A DNA stretch of 13,417 nucleotides from NCBI GenBank assembly GCA_039798785.1, contig JBDKFG010000096.1:1-13417 (forward strand), in the 5' to 3' direction. Source of the DNA: Verrucomicrobiota bacterium (lineage in GTDB: Bacteria; Verrucomicrobiota; Lentisphaeria; Lentisphaerales; Lentisphaeraceae). A program made the translations under genes and the position numbers. The notes beneath the pieces were generated by a model, which was not told the origin of the DNA, did not search any database, and saw only the letters and a program-made list of their open reading frames with translations. Numbering within the stretch: position 1 is the first letter of the stretch; every line of letters begins with the position of its first letter. Below, one piece after another: positions 8,086-13,417 of the stretch.

Positions 8086-9125
8086 AGGCTCTTCGTCATC
8101 CGGGGATCCTGGCGGCCCTGGCCGCCGCCGCCCTCTTCGGTTTCGGCACCCCGTTGGCCAAGCTGCTGCTCGGCGACTCTTCGCCCTGGCTGATGGCGGC
8201 GCTGCTCTATCTCGGCGCCGGCATCGGCCTGCTGGGCTGGCGCCGCCTCAGCAGCCAAGCCCGCCTCGTCCTGCCGCGACGGGAGCTCGGCTGGTTCGCC
8301 GGCGCCGTCCTCTTCGGCGGCATCGCCGGCCCACTGCTCCTGATGTGGGGCCTGCAACGCCTTCCCGCCTCTTCGGCTTCGCTCCTGCTCAATGCCGAGG
8401 GCGTCCTCACCGCCCTCCTCGCCTGGTTCGTCTTCAAGGAGAATTTCGACCGCCGCATCGCCATCGGCATGGCGGCGATCGTCGCCGGCGCGCTGATCCT
8501 CTCCTGGCCGGACAAGCTCGAAGCCGCATCCCTGCTGCCCGCCCTCGCCGTCACCGGAGCCTGCCTCTGCTGGGCCGTCGACAACAACCTGACCCGCAAG
8601 GTATCGCTCAGCGATGGCACCTGGATCGCGATGGTGAAGGGACTGGTGGCGGGAAGCGTCAATCTCGTCATCGCCATCGGCCTCGGCTGTGACTTTCCCT
8701 CCCCTCCCCGTCTCGGCGCCTGCCTGCTGCTCGGTTTCTTCTCCTACGGCCTCAGCCTCGCCCTCTTCATCGTCGCGCTGCGCCATCTCGGCGCCGCCCG
8801 CTCCGGCGCCTACTTCTCCCTGGCGCCATTCCTCGGCGCCGCCCTCGCCCTCGCCCTCGGCGAAACGGCATCCGCCCAGCTTCTCCTCGCCGCTCTCCTG
8901 ATGGGCTTCGGACTCTGGCTCCACCTCAGCGAAATCCATGACCATGAACATCAGCACGAAGAGCTCGAACATGAGCATCAACATGACCACAATGACGGTC
9001 ACCACGATCACTCTCACCCATTCCCCTGGGACAAGTCAATGCCTCATTCGCACCCCCATCTCCATCAAGCTCTCAGACATAGCCACCCACACTACCCCGA
9101 CGCCCACCACCAGCACCGACACTGA
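8082..9125 (+). CDS. DMT/EamA-family transporter with His-rich C-terminus (CnrT-like, possible Ni/Co efflux)
   Basis: About 10 hydrophobic segments, WAVDNNLTRKVS motif, 23 His in the last 62 aa; TTG start overlaps the protease TGA (TTGA at 8082-8085). Confidence 0.85.
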   Translation: MKALRHPGILAALAAAALFGFGTPLAKLLLGDSSPWLMAALLYLGAGIGLLGWRRLSSQARLVLPRRELGWFAGAVLFGGIAGPLLLMWGLQRLPASSASLLLNAEGVLTALLAWFVFKENFDRRIAIGMAAIVAGALILSWPDKLEAASLLPALAVTGACLCWAVDNNLTRKVSLSDGTWIAMVKGLVAGSVNLVIAIGLGCDFPSPPRLGACLLLGFFSYGLSLALFIVALRHLGAARSGAYFSLAPFLGAALALALGETASAQLLLAALLMGFGLWLHLSEIHDHEHQHEELEHEHQHDHNDGHHDHSHPFPWDKSMPHSHPHLHQALRHSHPHYPDAHHQHRH

Positions 9126-9196
9126 ACGACAAACTGAATTCGGTGATCTAGAACAAAACCACTTGATCGGGACGGGCGAGGCACATCGAAGTCACA

Positions 9197-9994
9197 TCAC
9201 TCGGACTTTTTCTCCGGGGGGGCTTCGGCTTTCGCCTCATGCTGCTTTTTGAACTCTGCCTTGGCAGCCGCCTTCTCCTCGTCGCTGAGCTTGCCGTCAC
9301 CGTCCTTGTCAAACTTCTTCAGCATTTCGGCCTCGCGCTTCTTGGCGGCAGCGTCGGCGGCGGCCTTCTCTTCGTCGCTGAGCTTGCCGTCACCGTCCCT
9401 GTCCCACATCTTCAGCATTTTGGCTTCCCGGACAGCAGCCTTCTCCGCGTCACTAAGCTTGCCGTCACCGTCCTTGTCAAACTTCTTCAGCATTTCGGCT
9501 TCCTGGCGCTTGTTGAATTCCTCGCGTGCGGCGGATTTCTCCTCGGGGCTGAGCTTGCCGTCGCCATCCCTATCGAATTTCTTGACATCCTCGGCCAGTT
9601 TGGCATCCTGAGCTTTGCGAGCGGCTTCGGCGGCAGACTTCTCCTCGTCACTGAGCTTGCCGTCGCCGTCCTTGTCGAATTTCTTCAGCATCTCGGCCTC
9701 GCGGCGCTTGAGCATTTCCGCCTTGCCGGCGGACTTCTCTTCGTCGCTGAGCTTGCCGTCGCCGTCCTTGTCGAACTTCTTCAGCATCTCAGCGTCGTGA
9801 CGTTTCATCCTCTCTTCTTTTGCTGCGGCCATTTCAGCATCGTTGAGCTTGCCGTCGCCGTCCTTGTCGAACTTCTTCAGCATCTCTTCTTGGGAGCTTT
9901 TGCCTCCCTCCCTTTTTTTGCCTGGCACCTCCTCGGCTGCCAGGCTGAGTCCGAGAGAGAGGAAAAAGGCAGAGGCGAGAGCGAAGACTTTCAT
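9197..9994 (-). CDS. Secreted EF-hand repeat protein (7 EF-hand loops, 265 aa)
   Basis: ATG at 9994 with CAGGAG RBS; signal peptide MKVFALASAFFLSLGLSLA; seven D[KR]DGDGKL[SN]xxE loops. Confidence 0.9.
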   Translation of the reverse strand: MKVFALASAFFLSLGLSLAAEEVPGKKREGGKSSQEEMLKKFDKDGDGKLNDAEMAAAKEERMKRHDAEMLKKFDKDGDGKLSDEEKSAGKAEMLKRREAEMLKKFDKDGDGKLSDEEKSAAEAARKAQDAKLAEDVKKFDRDGDGKLSPEEKSAAREEFNKRQEAEMLKKFDKDGDGKLSDAEKAAVREAKMLKMWDRDGDGKLSDEEKAAADAAAKKREAEMLKKFDKDGDGKLSDEEKAAAKAEFKKQHEAKAEAPPEKKSE

Positions 9995-10127
9995 GGCGTT
10001 CTCCTGGATTGGCGGTGGCTCGGCGCCTGGTTCAAGGACAAGAAACAAGGTTCAGTCGACACGGAGAAGCTAGTGAAGCCCGGCAAAATCTCAAGCAGCC
10101 GTCACAAAGCCCAAGCAAGGGTTCGGC

Positions 10128-11480
10128 CTATTGAGCGCGGTTGGACTTCAGGAAAGGCAACAGAAAGACGAAGAGCAGGCCGAGGAGGGCGTCGGCGGTG
10201 AAGACCTGCCAGGCTTCCCAGCCCCAGCCGCCCTTGGCGATCGGGTCGGAGGCGCGGCCTTGCCAGGCGTAGGAATACACCGTCACCAGATTCATCAGCG
10301 CCATGCAGGCGGTGAACTGGGTGGCGGCGACCTTCGGCACCATGAAGTCCATCACCAGGGCGGTGCGGATGCCGTACATCAAACCGAAGAAGAGGCTGTA
10401 GATCAGGCTGCTGATCCACCACATCCGGATCAGCTCGGGCTGTTGCGGCCATTGGCCATCGACCGGCGGCGTGGAGAAATGCGACCAGCCGGATTTCTTA
10501 AGTTCCCAAGCGGTCCAGAGGGTGACCAGCGACATGCCGAGACAGAAAAGGGCGAGGCAGCGGCGGCGGCCGAAATGGTCCGACAGCTTGCCGCCGGCGA
10601 CGCAGGAGAAGCAGAAAACCAAGGTCGACCAGAGGCCCAACTTGCCGATCTCCTCATCGTTCATGCCGAGCATCGGCGAAATGATCGTGCCGAGGGTCAG
10701 GCTGAGCGCCATGCCGCCGACCGGAAGGAGGACGAAGAGCAGCAGCAGCAGGCCTGCGCGGCGGCCGAAAAAGGCCTTCAAGACGGTGCGGCCGTAATCC
10801 TGCAGCTCCGCGCCGACCTGCCGCCAAGCGCGCTCCGCCGCCGCCGGCTGCTCGGCGACGCCGAGGGTTTTCTCGGCGGCGAAGAGGATGACGATGGCGA
10901 GGATGATCAGCAGCATCAAGGGGACCAGGATCGACACCGAGTTGAGGCTCATTCCCTGGCCCTTGAGGAGGAGCAGCACCGAGCCCCCCAGGGCGGCGCC
11001 GGCCTGGGCGCCGGCGAACATCAGGCCGTTGCCGAGGCCGCGCTCCTCCTCCTGCAGGGTGCCGCAGGCGAGAGCGTCGATGGCGACGTCCTGGATCGCC
11101 GAAAACACCGAGTTGATGATCAGCAGCGCAGTGAAGAGCTTGAGGTAGAGATAGCTGCCATCGGCCTGCGCTTGCGGGAAAAACGAGATGGCGGCGAGGA
11201 GGGAGAGGATCATCAGGAGCTGCGAGCCGACGATCCACTGTTTCCGGCGGCCGAAGCGGGTGAGGTGGAGGTTGTCGACGATCGGCCCGGCGAGCCATTT
11301 CCACGCCCAGGGTGCAGTGACCGCAACCATCAGGCCGGCGATCGCCTGGGCATCCATTCCCAAGCGCTTGAACTCGAGGGCGACAACCGTGCCGGTGTAG
11401 CCCTGCGGCAGCCCCTCGCCGATGTAGAGCAGGAAGAAGAAGAGCAGCCGGCCTTTGCTGGTGGCGAGAAGATTGGGCAT
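10128..11480 (-). CDS. AmpG/RhtX/FptX-like MFS permease
   Basis: LYIGEGLPQG, PWAWKWLAGPIVD, GRRKQWIV, SAIQDVAIDALA, GGKLSDHFGRRR and ATQFT motifs; ATG at 11480 with AGGA upstream (450 aa); substrate not assignable. Confidence 0.85.
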   Translation of the reverse strand: MPNLLATSKGRLLFFFLLYIGEGLPQGYTGTVVALEFKRLGMDAQAIAGLMVAVTAPWAWKWLAGPIVDNLHLTRFGRRKQWIVGSQLLMILSLLAAISFFPQAQADGSYLYLKLFTALLIINSVFSAIQDVAIDALACGTLQEEERGLGNGLMFAGAQAGAALGGSVLLLLKGQGMSLNSVSILVPLMLLIILAIVILFAAEKTLGVAEQPAAAERAWRQVGAELQDYGRTVLKAFFGRRAGLLLLLFVLLPVGGMALSLTLGTIISPMLGMNDEEIGKLGLWSTLVFCFSCVAGGKLSDHFGRRRCLALFCLGMSLVTLWTAWELKKSGWSHFSTPPVDGQWPQQPELIRMWWISSLIYSLFFGLMYGIRTALVMDFMVPKVAATQFTACMALMNLVTVYSYAWQGRASDPIAKGGWGWEAWQVFTADALLGLLFVFLLPFLKSNRAQ

Positions 11481-11606
11481 GGGGTGGGTCCTGGAAAGAT
11501 GACGAAATAACACAAGCGGGTGGAGGAATGGGGAGTCAGGAGACTGGAGGATGATTAAGCTAGCGGCGCGAGGGAGAAGCGGCAAGGGTGGCTTTCGTCG
11601 CGCAAG

Positions 11607-12488
11607 TCATGGAGTGGGAGTCTCCTCATTCGCACTTTTCTCGTCCAGGGCCTGACGCAAGCCAGCGATCAGGTCACGAGCCAACTCGCGGCGCGAAACC
11701 TCGGTCTCGCCTCGCAGCCATTGCTCAAGATTCGGCTTTCCGGGCAGCAGAGTGGCAAAGGCCTCTTCCATCAAGCGACACTGCTCTTCCCACGCCAGAC
11801 GCCGAGGCGAATCGCTGGCCTCGTTCCGTAAATCCGTGCTGCTTCGAATGACTTGCGCCAAGCGCGCCGCCAAGGGTTCGTATTCGGCCTCGCTGAGGTT
11901 GCAGACGTACTTGGCCAGCTGCGATTCACTGATCAACAGTTCGGGCTGCGGATAGAGCTTCTTGATCGCCGCCTTCTCGCGCACAAGCAGGAGCATTTTT
12001 TCGACGTGGGCTTTCCGCTCGGCATCCACCACCAGCAAGAGTTTTTCCAGCTTGGTTTCCAGCACCTCGTCGGATATCGAGCTTGTCAGCCAACGCGCCG
12101 CTGTCTCTTCCATTCCAGCAGCCAGCGCGAGCTGCTCCATCGCGTTTTCCATGCGTCCCCAACGAGATTCCACCTCCTCGGGGGCATAATAGATCCGATC
12201 CCTGAGATCAAAATAGTTTTTGTAGTAGGCCTTCCATCTGCGATCCTCTGCCTCCTCCTCATCCTCGGCATTTTCCGCACTGACCGCGGCTTTTCTTTGG
12301 GGCTTCGCCGAGGTCTCCGCGTGTGGCTCCGGCTTCGGCAGGGAGGATGGCGCTGCCGCCCCCTTTGCGGTGTCCACTCGCGAGCTTGCGCGCTGGACGG
12401 CTGCGGAGGTTTCGCGCCCTTGCCGATTCAGCAGCAAGACTGCGATGATGATCGCAAAGCTGAGGTGAAGGAAGAAATGGATTTTCAT
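11607..12488 (-). CDS. Hypothetical helical protein with an N-terminal membrane anchor/signal (293 aa)
   Basis: ATG at 12488 has an ATGA overlap with the upstream gene and a GAGGA RBS; hydrophobic N-terminus MKIHFFLHLSFAIIIAVLLL; C-terminal similarity to the upstream ORF. Confidence 0.8.
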   Translation of the reverse strand: MKIHFFLHLSFAIIIAVLLLNRQGRETSAAVQRASSRVDTAKGAAAPSSLPKPEPHAETSAKPQRKAAVSAENAEDEEEAEDRRWKAYYKNYFDLRDRIYYAPEEVESRWGRMENAMEQLALAAGMEETAARWLTSSISDEVLETKLEKLLLVVDAERKAHVEKMLLLVREKAAIKKLYPQPELLISESQLAKYVCNLSEAEYEPLAARLAQVIRSSTDLRNEASDSPRRLAWEEQCRLMEEAFATLLPGKPNLEQWLRGETEVSRRELARDLIAGLRQALDEKSANEETPTP

Positions 12489-13336
12489 GGCTCTTCTTCC
12501 TCGGACGTTTCCGGAGGGCTTTGAATGCTCTCCCGCCAAAACTTGATCAACTGGTCGGACAAGCGGCGTGCCGGAACCTGCGTCTCTCCCTCCAGCCACT
12601 CTTCAAAATTCGGCTTCCGGGGGGACAGGGCTTCAAAGTTGCGGGTCAATCCCTCAGCCATCAGCTCCCAGGCAGCCATTTGCTCCGGCCGCAACTTGCC
12701 TTGCTGATTAGCTTCCAACAGTCGATCACCCTCTCGCACCAAGGCCACCAAGTCGTCAGTGACGCTCGCCATCTCGTCATCCGTCAAGGCATCGGTGATC
12801 TGAACCAGGTACGCTTCGCTGATGGAGTGCGAATACTTCGCCTCATCCGCGGCGATCTTCTTATGCTCGTCAATCAGGGAGAGCATTTTTTCGAGAATGG
12901 GAAGCTCCCCGTGCGGCACCCGCTCACGACTGGCTTGCAGCTCCTTATGAATTAAATCAATGCTTTGGTGTTCAATGCCATCATAGGTTTCGACAACAAA
13001 GAAATCATCGATATCCGACCTCAAGTTAAAGCTTTGAAAGCTGAGGAAAGCTTGCAAGATCCGCCATTCCCGATCGAGCTTGTCTCGGCGAGCTTGAAGT
13101 TCCGGAGGCTCGGGGCGTGTCAAATTGAGGGTGTTACTCAGCGTTAGAAATCTCTCGTTGCTGGCTTCTCTTGCTCGCTCATCCCGTTCTCCGTCGCCGC
13201 CATATTCCTGCAAAATCTGATCTACGGGATCTACGGAATCTAGGGTTGGAGAGTAGCTGGCTCCGACACCCTTCGGCGGCGTTCCCGCGGCGTCGCATTT
13301 CGCCGCGACAGACGAGCTCCCCAATTTCTCACTCAC
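12485..13336 (-). CDS. Hypothetical acidic helical protein, paralogue of 11607..12488; start uncertain
   Basis: 283 aa ORF from GTG at 13336; shares KPNxExWLxGETxV and other blocks with the downstream gene. Confidence 0.75.
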   Translation of the reverse strand: MSEKLGSSSVAAKCDAAGTPPKGVGASYSPTLDSVDPVDQILQEYGGDGERDERAREASNERFLTLSNTLNLTRPEPPELQARRDKLDREWRILQAFLSFQSFNLRSDIDDFFVVETYDGIEHQSIDLIHKELQASRERVPHGELPILEKMLSLIDEHKKIAADEAKYSHSISEAYLVQITDALTDDEMASVTDDLVALVREGDRLLEANQQGKLRPEQMAAWELMAEGLTRNFEALSPRKPNFEEWLEGETQVPARRLSDQLIKFWRESIQSPPETSEEEEP

Positions 13337-13417
13337 TTAGGATCTATTACCCAATTTCGACGCCAACTGCTTGCATGATAAGCCGCTGCGGTTTTGTGAT
13401 GTCGTAGGGGAAAGTCT

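Noticed and set aside
5571..9017. Long minus-strand ORFs (5571..6128, 6229..7893, 7983..9017 and nested ones)
   Set aside because: Antisense to rlmH, the cupin, HtrA and DMT genes, which carry clear family motifs
9270..9890. Regularly spaced ~40 bp DNA repeats resembling a CRISPR array
   Set aside because: They are in-frame EF-hand coding repeats inside an intact CDS
9239..12955. Plus-strand ORFs such as 9239..10201, 10131..11510, 11853..12524 and 12521..12955
   Set aside because: Antisense shadows of better supported minus-strand genes

Overview
Bacterial chromosomal window, mostly high GC, with AT-richer flanks. The PVC-like lineage is only a weak inference from the secreted DxDGDGKL EF-hand protein. 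Left end (minus strand): an ABC/AAA_21-type ATPase coupled to a DUF4276/TOPRIM-like gene (candidate defence pair), then three overlapping AT-rich small hypothetical genes, a non-coding 3-copy ~50-58 bp tandem repeat, and the start of a gene running off the window. Middle: kbl, a GT2 glycosyltransferase and rlmH, then a plus-strand three-gene unit. That unit encodes a Tat-lipoprotein cupin with eukaryote-type ADO/plant cysteine oxidase motifs, a one-PDZ HtrA/Deg protease and a His-tailed DMT (CnrT-like) transporter. Right (minus strand): a secreted 7-EF-hand protein, an AmpG-like MFS permease and two diverged tandem paralogues of unknown function. The most striking signal is the exported ADO/PCO-like thiol dioxygenase next to an HtrA protease. 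All family assignments come from motif recognition by eye; no searches were run.
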